The position numbers and the translations under genes are program-made. From Camelus ferus (taxonomy: Eukaryota), in NCBI RefSeq assembly GCF_009834535.1, contig NC_045697.1, positions 67,458,001 through 67,522,000 on the forward strand: a DNA stretch of 64,000 nt, given 5' to 3'. Below are positions 38,001-49,512 of this stretch, one piece after another. Position 1 is the stretch's first letter. Every line of letters begins with the position of its first letter. A model generated the notes under the pieces. That model saw only the letters and a program-made list of their open reading frames with translations. It had not been told where the DNA came from and ran no database searches.

Positions 38001-40559
38001 GCAGCTTGCTGTCTCGTACACCAGCTTGGGTAAGTCCTACAAGACTGTCACATGTTCTTTAATTTACTTAATATAAGCAAGGCTACTTTCTTTTGAATTT
38101 CTTGTTACTTTAAAGAACATATCAGAAAGAAATTTTTTCTTTTAAATTGTAGTTACAAGTAAAAAGCAATCTTAAAGATTATTGTTGGAGGAATCTCTGT
38201 TTTTTTCTTAACAACAGGAGCTATGATCACACATACAGAGACTCTACATATGGATTGAAGATTTTATTTTTTACCATGGAAGTCTTCCCCCCCCCCCCTT
38301 TATGTGAAAACACTCTTTTCTAATTTCTCCTGGCCTTCTCCCCTGGAAGTGCTTTTAGAAAAATTAATGAGATATGGTCTGGAAATCACTTTGTGCTCCT
38401 CAGAGAGGCGCTGTGCAAGTTTAAGGAAATAGTATAAAGAGTCATTATATTAAGTCAGGTAATGATTTGAAGGACTGGGAAACTTAACTTCAACTTACAG
38501 TGGTTGAAGTATTTGTTGAAATTTTAAAGTGGTTGAAGTCCAGTTCTAAATGAGTATCATCACTGTTGTCAATAGCCTTAGAAAGCGTCATCAGACAATA
38601 TTTCTTGTGCTAAGTTAAGTGTCTTATAAACCTAATCATAGTCATTTTCCCATAGGAGAAAATATAAAATAGTTCGCTTTAGGCAGTATTTGAAGCATTT
38701 CCATGGAGAGATTTTCTTTTACTTTACAATTCACAGAGGTATTTTACTACAATGCACAGTCCACAGCCCACTTAACTAGATTTTCAGTGTCATAAACCTA
38801 AGGTTATGTTAGGTTAATTTTCCTCTTTGTCCACCTGATCTGCCAGCCCTTTTTTTTTTCCCTTAAAACTGACAGCTAGATGACTGATTACAGCCAACTA
38901 CAACACCCCTTTTTGATTGTATGACCTTTTCTGGAATCAAGTTAGAAATTCAGAGGACATGAAGAAATCATTGTAAATTTAAAAAAGGAAATAGTTCAAC
39001 ACCCAGTGACTAGTTGAGCAAATCATCATCATGTTCACTTGCTCCTAGAAATCATGCACAGTGGATATTCTTTCAATTGCGGAGAAAATTAGCTACCTCC
39101 AGGAACCAAATTAAGAAGTCCAGTGCAATGAGCTGGGAAGGTCTTTATGAATGGCATGTCCACCTGATCAGTGACAATTTCACATTTAATTGTAGTGGTA
39201 TATAATTTATAACTCTCCTTCTCTTCTTTCAAATTATGCCTCACCGGTAGGGTTTCCAGCTGAGGGAGTTGTTTGCTGGGAGAAAGCTCTGCCTAAGTCA
39301 ACTTATCACATGTCTGTGATGTAGACAATGGCACTGCAACAAGTGGCGTTGGCTTTAACTCTGCTCTGAGAAGAAGACATACGTCTTATAGCAGAATTTT
39401 TCAACTAGAGCTCCAAGCCTGTGATTTTGATTACATGCCGTGCTTCAGAATAGTCTCTGGGTCCAGCAAGTAAGGCAGCACAAGCTAAGTGGAGGATGTT
39501 CTTACCTTCTGCTCCACTTCTTCACACTGGATGACAAGGTATCTTTCTTTGCTGTCAAAAGCTATCACTGGGACAACTTGAATCTCGGTGGAGTAGGGGA
39601 GCCAGAGATAATGCAGGAGAAGAAATAAGAACTATTAGCTCTAAGAGGTAGGACCTGTAGGACTAGATATATCTGTGGGATTCCCTATAGGACAGGCAGT
39701 GTGCCTGATACACACAAATCTATATTTGTGTTCTAGAATATTCTCTCTGTAATGAGAATTGTAGGGAAGCAAAACTGGATTATCTTCTAGAAGAGTTTGA
39801 CTACTTCTGGCATGTATTCTGAGACACGAAATATGAAACATGAAATAGCAATAATACTGGAAAAGAGATATTTGTTTAAAGTGTCAAAGCCTCTGCCTCC
39901 ATCCACCACGCTACATTATTATTTATACCATCCTCAACTCTATCAGACTGTTTTATTCTTGAAATATAAAAATGTGTCTCATAATTTAGAAAAGTTATGT
40001 AGTACAGTGGGAAAACTGTTTTATAAATTAAACATGCATTTCTGTATTAAAATACAATAACTTTTAGTAGACTATAATGCAATAATTGCATGTTAATGCA
40101 ATTGAAAAAATGTGTTTTAAGACAAAGGCAGAATAATATTTAATGAAGAAACCCTGTACACATTAAAGGTCAGGAAAATATAAAATGTCCAATATCAACA
40201 CAATTATTTAACATCATGCAGGAAATATGGGAACTATAAGACATTGTGATTGGAAAAGAAAAAAGAAATAATGTGTAAATTATAAGAATAGAGAAGGCAA
40301 ACTTCATTTTTATGCAAGTGATATAATTGCAAGAATTTTCCTTTACAAAAGAATCATCCTTCAAGAGATCTGAATCACACATTATTCTGAGAGTCAAATA
40401 TGTTTACACTAAAGGGATCAAATAGTATGAGTGGCATGTTATACAAGGTCTTGGGATGCTGAGCAGTTCATTCTAACTCACACATTCATTCAGGTTAATG
40501 GCCTGAAGATTCTTCCTGGAGGTCAGCAAGAAATCTTTCTAGGTGTGAGGTCACTGTGT

Positions 40560-41015
40560 CCGTGTATACCTAGTGGTACTCACCACTAAACATCCTTTCT
40601 CTAATCCATGTCAGGCACCACGCACTCTATCTCAATCACTTCTCTTGCTACACTCTTCACTGACTCTTCTCTTTGCTGTCTGCAGCCTTTATACACTCTT
40701 TCCACCACCTTATGACCTATCATTCTCTTCCCTCCCTTCCCTTATGTAGCATTTCTCATGATGTCACTTCCCCAGGGAATCTTTCCTTAATTCCCAGGAC
40801 CAGGTAAGTTGCTATGGTTAAAATATTCATAGCATTATGTAGTTCTCCTTCATAGCAAATATTTGAACTATACTTCAATTATAGTATAATTAGTTGTCCA
40901 GTATCTGTCTCCCTCTCTCCTTACTCTCTCCATCTGCATGCATTCAAGGTAAATATTGGTCACCATTGAAAACCCAGACCTTGCCTATCAGAGGCATATT
41001 TGGTGAGTGAATGCT
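40560..41015 (+). mobile_element. L2 3' fragment
   Basis: gatgtcacttcccagggaatctttcctta...tctgtctccct...atatttggtgagtgaatg. Confidence 0.6.
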
Positions 41016-42983
41016 TTCTATTACTGGAGATCTCTATTTTTAGAAAGCTATTCTTCCCCCAAAGGAAACAAACAGAAAAAGTTGCTCTTCTTAATAATTT
41101 CCTGGTCTTTAATCTAAGAGTAACCCTTTGATTCATTCAAAGAAGTCTGCTTCTTTCACAAAACAAGCTTCTAAAATTTTTGTAAAGCTTCTAAATTTTT
41201 GAAGACAGTTCTTATGCCGTTAGTATTTTCTCTTCTTACTGAACATCATATACTCATTCATGAGAGAAGGATTTACTGAATATCTACTTGGACTGGGTAT
41301 GAAGTCCAGGGCTTTTCCTCACTCCTCTTGTGACACTATGGTTTCCGGATCTTTCATTTCAGTGCCAGTGTGGAGAACTTTTCAGAGCACTATGTTGCTG
41401 CTCCTTTTCCTCCAGGCCATTTTCCATTGCCCTTACTTTTCTCTTCAGTCTGCTCTTTATCTAGTTTTTGAAATTGGAGAAACTCACTCTTCAATGTGTC
41501 TCTTGATCTCTTTATCTCAGTATTCCCAAAATTCAGTTCTATTTCCCCAGTGCATATCTGATGTTTATTAGTGGGCAGATGGTGGTGATAATTAAAAGGC
41601 TCAGCGGGTTCAGTTGCAAGAATTATGTAAATTATGCATGTAGGATGAAGTATAGAACAAATATATTATTACTACTTAGAAATGTTTTCTCGCAGTTTTA
41701 TGCCCAAAGGAAAGTGAAAAACCATTCAAAGCTACAATATAATATGATATTCAAGAAGGTGTACACTTTCAAAATGAATATTCTAAAGGAACTATTTTTT
41801 TCTACATAATGAATAAAAGGTAAAAACTGGAAGGGGGAAATCACTCTACATATAACATGGGAAAATAAATAGCTTGAAAAATCAATAGTAAATGTTCAGC
41901 ATCAACATTAAGAAAACTTTCAACTGACTATAAAAATTTAAATCCTATGATAACAAAGTAGAAGTGAAAGTGACAGGTGGGAAAAAGACCTAAGATGATT
42001 TCAAAACTTAAGAGAATATCTTGAGTAAAACTGAGGCTGAAACCGAATGTTGATGCATCCATAATTATAGCAAATAGCCTTTAGTCAGATGTGAAAATTA
42101 ATATCTCTAAAACTTTGTGGCAGTTTCTCTCCCCAAAATCTTGTACTCCATTTGATCAGTTCATAGAACATCAAAAAATCTTTGTGTCCCATGCCCCCAG
42201 GTTTACATCAAAACCATTGGCTTAAAAACGAAGACTTTAATAGAGACAAAGTAACTTGAAGGAGGGTTCTGCCATAGACCTCTGCTTGGACAGAAGAGCT
42301 GGAAGATAAAACTTTTACCTGGGCTAAGCAGGGCCATCCTTCCTTGTTTGTTCGTAACTTGGAACATCTTGGGGGACTCTTGGAGAGAGGGAAAAGCAGG
42401 TAACACTTGTCTTAAGGGATGCTAAAAGGCCATCACGCTGTGCAGTAGGCTGAACGCTTTATCTCCTAGTTCGGACTTGGTGCCCAGAGCAAGCTAAGTG
42501 AGGAGGCTTCATCAAGGACACACTTTTGAAGATACGCGCATCAGCAGCAAGAGGCAAGGCTGCCAGTGTGGAAGAGAAAAGAAGAGCAAGGGGAAGGAAA
42601 GAAACAACAACAAAGAAGTCACAACTTCTTAAAAAACCTACTCATAATAATCAATTTCTACATTATTTTTTAATGATCTGAACACAATAGGATGTAAACT
42701 GCTTTTTTTTTTCTCCATTGTCCTTTAAGCAGACTATTCTTTGACATAGCCCAGAATGAAATTTTGGATATGTCCCATAACCTTCTGCAGTTCAGTATTA
42801 AAATAAATAAATTGAAATAAATTACAATTTCAGTAATACGTTTTCTCTCTTTTCACACTACAGTCCCGATTCTTTTATAGATTAGAAATGAGAAAACACG
42901 ACTGCTTGTATTGTGTATTGTGTCCCAACTTGGTAATTCACCAAATACCTTTCTAATGTGAATGTCCTTAATTCCTGATGTAT

Positions 42984-42984
42984 T

Positions 42985-43043
<59 letters not shown>

Positions 43044-43045
43044 TT
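42984..43045. repeat. (TTTA)~15 microsatellite, likely a decayed minus-strand poly(A) tail
   Basis: Direct reading. Confidence 0.95.
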
Positions 43046-43948
43046 GAAAGAGATTTATCAATTAAACACTGATTTTATAGCCATTTCACCTTAAGACAAT
43101 GTTAACAGGTTTGTAGGTTAGGGAAGGTATATGAAGGTGACATTCAGGGCAGAAAACAATGTAAATGATGATTAAAAGAGAATCTTGGTTTAAAGATATT
43201 CTCTTTAAAGGCCAGTAGGATTTTTGGGTTAGGGGCTGGGGCTGGGTGTCTGGGGTAGGGCACATAAGGCCACAGTCAGTGGCAGCTCTATGATAACGAG
43301 ACACAGGAGTGTTTGTGAGCCCCAGTGTTGGGGCAGAAACAGCAATGTGGAGAGAGGACCAATTCTGGGACAGTCAGTGCTGGAGAGCCCCACAAGGCTC
43401 ACTCTTTGTGTCTTCTCTTATCGGCTGGCATCTGTGTTTCCATGAGTTTTGCTGCATTGTGTTTGTTTGTTTTGAATTTATGTTGCAAAATCCCTAGCTT
43501 TCTGCTTCCTAGAGGAAAGATTTCTGCTGGGGAAAAGACACAGGTGCAGGTGCTCCTCAGCCTTTGGATTTGGTCTGCTGTCTGGCTAAGAATGACGTCG
43601 GCAGATTGACAGCAGCATCAGCAAGATCCAAGTGCAGGGGAGCCAGAATTCAGGGAAACGCCCCTACTCCTATACGGAGCTGGCCCCCGCCAAGACAGTG
43701 TCTGCCCCACGTTCTCTCCAGAAGGATCTCAAGACTTAGATGAGGGTTTGTCAGATTTGCTTTAGCCCCAGAACCTTTTTCATTCCTACTCAAAAGCCCC
43801 CGTGTGTGACGGGGAGGCTGGAAGATTTGGGGAGAGGGTAGGCTTCAGGGAGCTGTTGCTCGGCTAGACGGCTGAACTCCTGTTTCGCTGAAGGAGAAAC
43901 ATGTGCAAGCTGAAGGCAGGCTGAACACTCAGAACAGTAAACAGGATT
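42987..43948 (-). pseudogene. Probable retroposed mRNA 3' UTR (non-coding processed fragment)
   Basis: GC-richer block matching no repeat family I recognise, ending in a (TAAA)n tail with GATAAA just upstream. Candidate 8-bp TSD TGTATTTT at 42979-42986 and 43949-43956, the latter followed by AA (L1 endonuclease TTTT/AA site). Confidence 0.5.
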
Positions 43949-45927
43949 TGTATTTTAAGAGGCTTTGGGAGTGGAGAGAAGTAGTGGAAGGAAGAGGCCT
44001 TTAGCAGGGGAAAGGAACTCGAGGGAGGTGAAGACTTGTTTTCTCAGTACAAAATGAGGCATCATGATGCATCTCCATTTGTTAAAACAAACATGCAGAG
44101 AAAGTCACTTTTCCTTTTTGAGGAAAATAAGCCCTTGAAGGAAATGGCTCCTATTGAAACACAATACATGCAGAAGATTTTTAAAGTTCTCATTAGCATT
44201 TTCAATGAGATTTGAGCATTAATAAGAAGGATGCTGCAATAAAAATGTAAAACTATAAAGGAGATAGTTCTTAAATATTTTTAAAAACCCACAAAACTCA
44301 AAATGTGATTTTTGGAAGTAAACAAATCTCAAGAGAGAAACGGAATTTTTAAAAATGGTTAGAATTGAACACACAACTTTAAAATTAGATGAAGAAATAG
44401 GGAATTTCTTCAAGAATACAGTGGAAAATGTAAAAGAGAAATAAATTATACATGACATGAATATACATGAGATTCAATAATCTTAAAATAAGAGGTACAG
44501 ATGGAAAAAAACAGTAGCAGAGTAGTTTAAAAAAACAAAATTAGAAATAATAAAACTTTCCTGTTCTAAAGAATAACTTGGGTTTCCATAGTCCAAAGAC
44601 TTTTTCCTTTCAAAGATTACTGTATTAGTATGTTCATTTATTCATTAGTTCACTCATTTATGTAATAATGGATTTAATTAGCATTTACTGAGCAATAATA
44701 CTAAAAGGCGCTAGGCATATACAATTTTAAAAGGGACAGTTCTTGCCTCTAAGAAGTTCATGCTGTTGTGACGAAACCACACAATTATATATGTGAAAAT
44801 GTGCAGCTCAGAGATACACACCTAGCTCAATAAATGTAAATTTCCTTATCATACTCCATACGATCTCTCTGTTATACTGAAGATGTGATAAGTATGTTTT
44901 ATACCTTTATTAGTTGTTATGTGGTTGAAGTTTGTCTGCAATGTGTTGGTAATGTCATGCCTTATATTACTCCATTTTCCTATTTCAACATATGAACATA
45001 TTTCTATTAGAAATAAGTTTACATGGCAAAAGGTTCCTTCTTTTTTGTTAAATATACATCTCCAATGATCATATTTTAGAATATATTTTATATTCTAACT
45101 TATAGAATATAATTTTATTTAGAGTAAATGGGAACTAGAATTGCATGAATAACCACTCAGATGTCTCTATATATTTGTTGCTGTATTACTTCTTACTGAA
45201 ATTTTTTGATTCATGTGTATCTGTCTGTTTTCTCAAGAACTAAAACACTTCAAGAATAGGGACCATGGAACTTTTTTCCTTAGTAACATATCCAGTGCTT
45301 AGTAATTACTGTGGACAGATCTCAAATATCAATGGTGACTGCCTGACTTTATAATATGCCTGTATGTCCAACCTGTGCTAATCTCCATGTTGCAGAGGAC
45401 AATTCATTTAGAGGTAAACATTTTCATGTATCACTATCAGTGTCCTTCAAGAGTGAATTCTTCTCTGAAAATTTCCAGTTAGACCCTTCTTAGTGTTTAG
45501 TTAGCAGTTCAGAAATTTGTACAAGATGTCAAAAATGAAAAGGAAGCAAATAACTAAGTAACTTCCACCAGAATCTCTACCCACTGCAAGTTTGTATCAT
45601 AAAATAGACACTGTGCAAAACCAAACTTTCTGTATGCTTGAAAATTGCTAATCTCATATGTGAATAACAGTTAAAATATTTCTAGATGTGTCTGAAAATT
45701 GATAGACATAGATTTTAATTGCCAAACAGATATTTGAATTTCTAAAAAGGTCATTCCATTTTATGATTCTTTTAAACTCATGGACACAGTTTCATTTATG
45801 GCAATATACAATCTCTTTTAAAGAGGTGGCTATCCCAGATTGGGGCAGAATTATAAGAAATATAAATGTGACGTATAGCATATTTTGAGTAGTGTAACTG
45901 AAGGAAATACTGGGATTTTCCAGGATA

Positions 45928-45943
45928 TTTGACAGCTGTCAAA
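45928..45943. promoter_or_regulatory. Perfect 16-bp palindrome containing the TALE-homeodomain dimer motif TGACAGCTGTCA
   Basis: TTTGACAGCTGTCAAA read directly; function untested. Confidence 0.3.
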
Positions 45944-46361
45944 GGAACGAACATGCATCAGCGGTGTCATTCTGAGAAGAGGACACGATGATTAAGGCTG
46001 AACACGCGAGGAGGGTGTCAATGGATACAGAAATAGAACTTCTCAGCTGATCTTGAGCAGTAAGTGTACTATGCAGTAAAATAAATTTTAATAATTTTTA
46101 TTTGTATGGATAAATAGGTTAGCCATGATTATAATAACTTAAACTTTACTATATATATTAGTCACTGAAAAAAGAAATTGAAATAAATTGTTGAATTTAT
46201 CAATGGGGACAACATTACCGTATCATTAATCTGCCACAATAAGGCTTCAACAAAACTGCTTATCAAGTTAGATAACAATGTTGAGGTTAAGTGTATGAAC
46301 TTCATGGTAAAATGTCTGTGGTTCATATCCTGGCTCCTTCACACAGAATTCTATTATTTGG

Positions 46362-46856
46362 TGTCTTCAACTTAAAGAAAAGCACACAATATGAGAGTTG
46401 TGAATTTGAGTTTTATTCAGGGTCTTGCTGAGGGCCATAGCCTGGGAGACAGCCACTCAGGTAGCTCTAAGGAAACTGTTCTGAAGAGGTGGGGGAGAAA
46501 CTCTTTTATATAAGAGTTTTGGCTAGGAAATACGGGCAGTCAAACAAACGTCTTGGTAAAAGATTGCTGCTAATCACAAATAATAAATATCTCAAGTTAA
46601 TGACTTGAGTGCTTTTCTATGTATGGGAAGATACAAGAATCTGAGATCATCAGAATTCTTCCTGAGGTATGCTTCTAACTGTCTAAGGGGATTGCTTGTC
46701 CAAAGCATGGAGTGCTTCATCGTGTTTTTCATCCTGAATTCCTTTCAGGGTACACTGTTGGTTGTCAATTGCAGTGTGTGATGACTTAACCCTTATAAAA
46801 CTAGGTGATAAGCAACGCTGTTTGTCTCAGCAATGTCCATTTTGTCTGTGTCCTCA
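46362..46856 (-). mobile_element. ERV1-class solo LTR (artiodactyl-type) inserted in a MIR
   Basis: TG...CA termini with exact 4-bp TSD TTGG (46358-46361, 46857-46860); minus-strand AATAAA near 46412 and TATA-like element near 46507. Confidence 0.85.
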
Positions 46857-47317
46857 TTGGAATATTACTTACCTCTTTTAACCTCTATCTTCTCATAGGT
46901 AGGATGAAATATTTGTAGGCTCTACCTCAAAGGATGAGGATTGGAAAAAAAAATAAGGTTTTTCAATTTGTGATTGGGACATAGGTCTATATAAAATTCT
47001 GTTACAGAAAAAAAAATATCTGCAAAGAAACAATGTGCACACATCCACCAGGACCAAACCATAGTAGTAAAAGTGTGATAAGACATAAAGTCTAAAATGA
47101 CCATAAGGTGCTAACTCATACCAGTGACTTCGTAAAGTCAAGATGCTTGGGTAGACTGTGGAAAGTGGTAGTGAGATGTATTACCTTTGCAATCAGACCA
47201 CTCTGGGATTAAATTTAGCCTTACATTCTTTCCTATTTGAAACCATGGGAAAATTACACGTACATTTTAATTTTCCACTTCTTATTCTGTAAAATAGGTA
47301 TGATATTCTTATAAGTC

Positions 47318-47709
47318 TGTTGTAAAGAAGACATCAAGCCTGAAACGGAGTTCCTTATATTAAGCCTTATGTCATCAAAGTAGACCTAAGATAATTATAG
47401 TTTCAACTCTCTGAGAAATGGAATCTTAAACAAGTCAGTCAGGAATTTCTTGATCAATACAAGTTAGGTAATCTTCCTGATAAACCCCTGCCATCCCTTA
47501 AAGGAAAGTAACTTTGCAATAAGCAACCTGCTTTTTTGCCTCATATAACTTTCTTGTTCCTGTTTCCCTTTGCCTATGAAAGTCTTCCATTTGGTACAAC
47601 TCCTTGGATCTCCTTTCTAGATGGTAGGTTGGATGCTGCCTGCTTCGAATACATTTTTGCTCAAATAGACTCTAAAAATATTCAATATGCCTCAGTTTAT
47701 CTTTTAACA
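47318..47709 (+). mobile_element. ERV1-class solo LTR inserted in a MIR
   Basis: TG...CA ends, terminal tttgctcaaatagactct...cctcagtttatcttttaaca typical of MER4-group LTRs; near-TSD agtc / aggc. Confidence 0.75.
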
Positions 47710-47911
47710 AGGCTGTTACATAAGGAGATACCTTACATAACATAGTTCATTGCTTAGTATGGTTACTTATGCCCTCAAAATTATTGTTCTTGAGAAATAA
47801 CTGTCCAGGTTGTCTTTAGCCCACCCTCTCACATTCAAGAATTTAAAAAGATGAAGAGAATGTATTTTTTAGAATCTATTTGAAAGTATTAGAAAGCTAC
47901 CAGTGTTATTC

Positions 47912-49060
47912 TGTTATCTGTTTAAAAAAAAGGTAAGATTTTATTCAAGACTTTTATAATAGGGATTAAGGCCATTGCAGTAGGTTGGTGAGATTGCACT
48001 TAACTCCAATTACAACAAAGACAAGCACGGATTTACAACCAACAGAGAAGACTGAAGGAGTCAGTGCAAGGAAAATTACTAAGGGAGACATCAAAGGTAG
48101 GAGGATTCTTCCTACACTGCTGCTGGGAATGCAGTTTGGTACAGCCACTGTGGAAAACAGTGTGGAGATTCCTCAAAAGACTAGGAATAGACTTACCGTA
48201 TGACCCAGGAATCTCACTCCTGGGCTTGTATCCAGAAGGAAATCTACTTCAGGATGACACCTGCACCCCAATGTTCATAGCAGGACTATTTACAATAGCC
48301 AAAACATGGAAACAGCCTAAATGTCCATCAACAGGTAACTGGATAAAGAAGAGGTGGTATATTTATACAATGGAATACTACTCAGCCATAAAAACCGACA
48401 ACATAACGCCATTTGCAGCAACATGGATGCTCCTGGAGAATGTCATTCTAAATGAAGTAAAAGCCAGAAAGAGAAAGAAAAATACCATATGAGATCGCTC
48501 ATATGTGAAATCTAAACAAACAAAAACAAAAACAAACAAACAAACAAAAACAAAGTGTAAATACAGGACAGAAATAGACTCATAGACAGAGAATACAGAC
48601 TTGTGGTTACCAGGGGGGTGGAGGGTGGGAAGGGATAGACTGGGATTTCAAAATTGTAGAATAGATAAACAAGATTATACTGTATAACACAGGGAAATAT
48701 ACACAGAACATCATGGTAGCTCACAGAGAAAAAAATGTGACAATGAGTGTGTATATGTCCATGTATGACTGAAAAATTGTGCTGAACACTGGAATTTGAC
48801 ACAACATTGTAAAATGATTATAAATCAATAAAAAATGTTAAAAAAAAAAAAGGAAGATTCTTGCTAAAGTAGTCTAACAGGTTTCTTACAAGGCAAGGAG
48901 AGGACCTACACATGAAATATGGGGCATGAGGAACTAGATCAGATATCAAAAGTGATTAGATATCAAGAGTTGGGGGTTGACTTAGAAGGATTCTTTGCTA
49001 AGACTGGCTTAGGCAGGCTGAGGAAGGACAAAGCCTCCTTGAAAAGAGTGTTAAGTAGTG
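47912..49060 (-). mobile_element. MER31-like ERV1 LTR split by a young L1
   Basis: ggaaaattactaagggagacatcaaaggtaggaggattctt|gctaaa...gatcagatatcaa is antisense MER31-like sequence on both sides of the L1. Confidence 0.75.
48111..48850 (+). mobile_element. Young 5'-truncated L1 (ORF2 C-terminus, 3' UTR, poly(A))
   Basis: ORF2 zinc knuckle [20 protein letters not shown]...CTPMFIAGLFTIAKTWKQPKCPS; AATAAA plus A tail; TSD AGGAGGATTCTT (48099-48110) / AGGAAGATTCTT (48851-48862). Confidence 0.95.
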
Positions 49061-49512
49061 CTTTCTGGAATTTGCTCCGGGAGTGTCTTTGTTATTAGGC
49101 AATAAGAGTCTGCTGAGAAAGACAGACACAGAAGAGGAGAAAGACCACGAGAAGTGGGCCTATTATTTACTGCCATTTTCTGTTGAAGAGATTGCTGAAA
49201 AAGTAAAGGTTGAGGTGACAGGGTGAAAAGGTGAACAGAGTTTTAAGCATTCTCGCAAGAATGTATTGACAAAAATTGAAATTCAAAGTCCTCCAATTTC
49301 AATTTCAAGGATGAGGGAACCTTGCAAATATTTCAGACTTCTGCTTGAGACCTCTTAGAATGCTACATCTTAGGAATAAGGATGAAATGGAACAAACCAT
49401 CCTTTACCAGGATTGATGTCTAGTCCTTAAGTGCAGTGATTTCTGATTAGATTTAGTGATATGTCCCTGGTTTTGAAACAGAAATAAGTCCTTTCTTTGA
49501 AAGGTAGAATCA

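Noticed and set aside
41165..41201. Short direct repeat aagcttctaaa(a)tttttg x2; similar small duplications at ~4949 and ~38499
   Set aside because: Ordinary slippage duplications with no array structure.
48064..48492. 142-aa ORF as a cellular gene
   Set aside because: L1 ORF2 C-terminus of a truncated copy, read in from a non-ATG codon in the flanking LTR.
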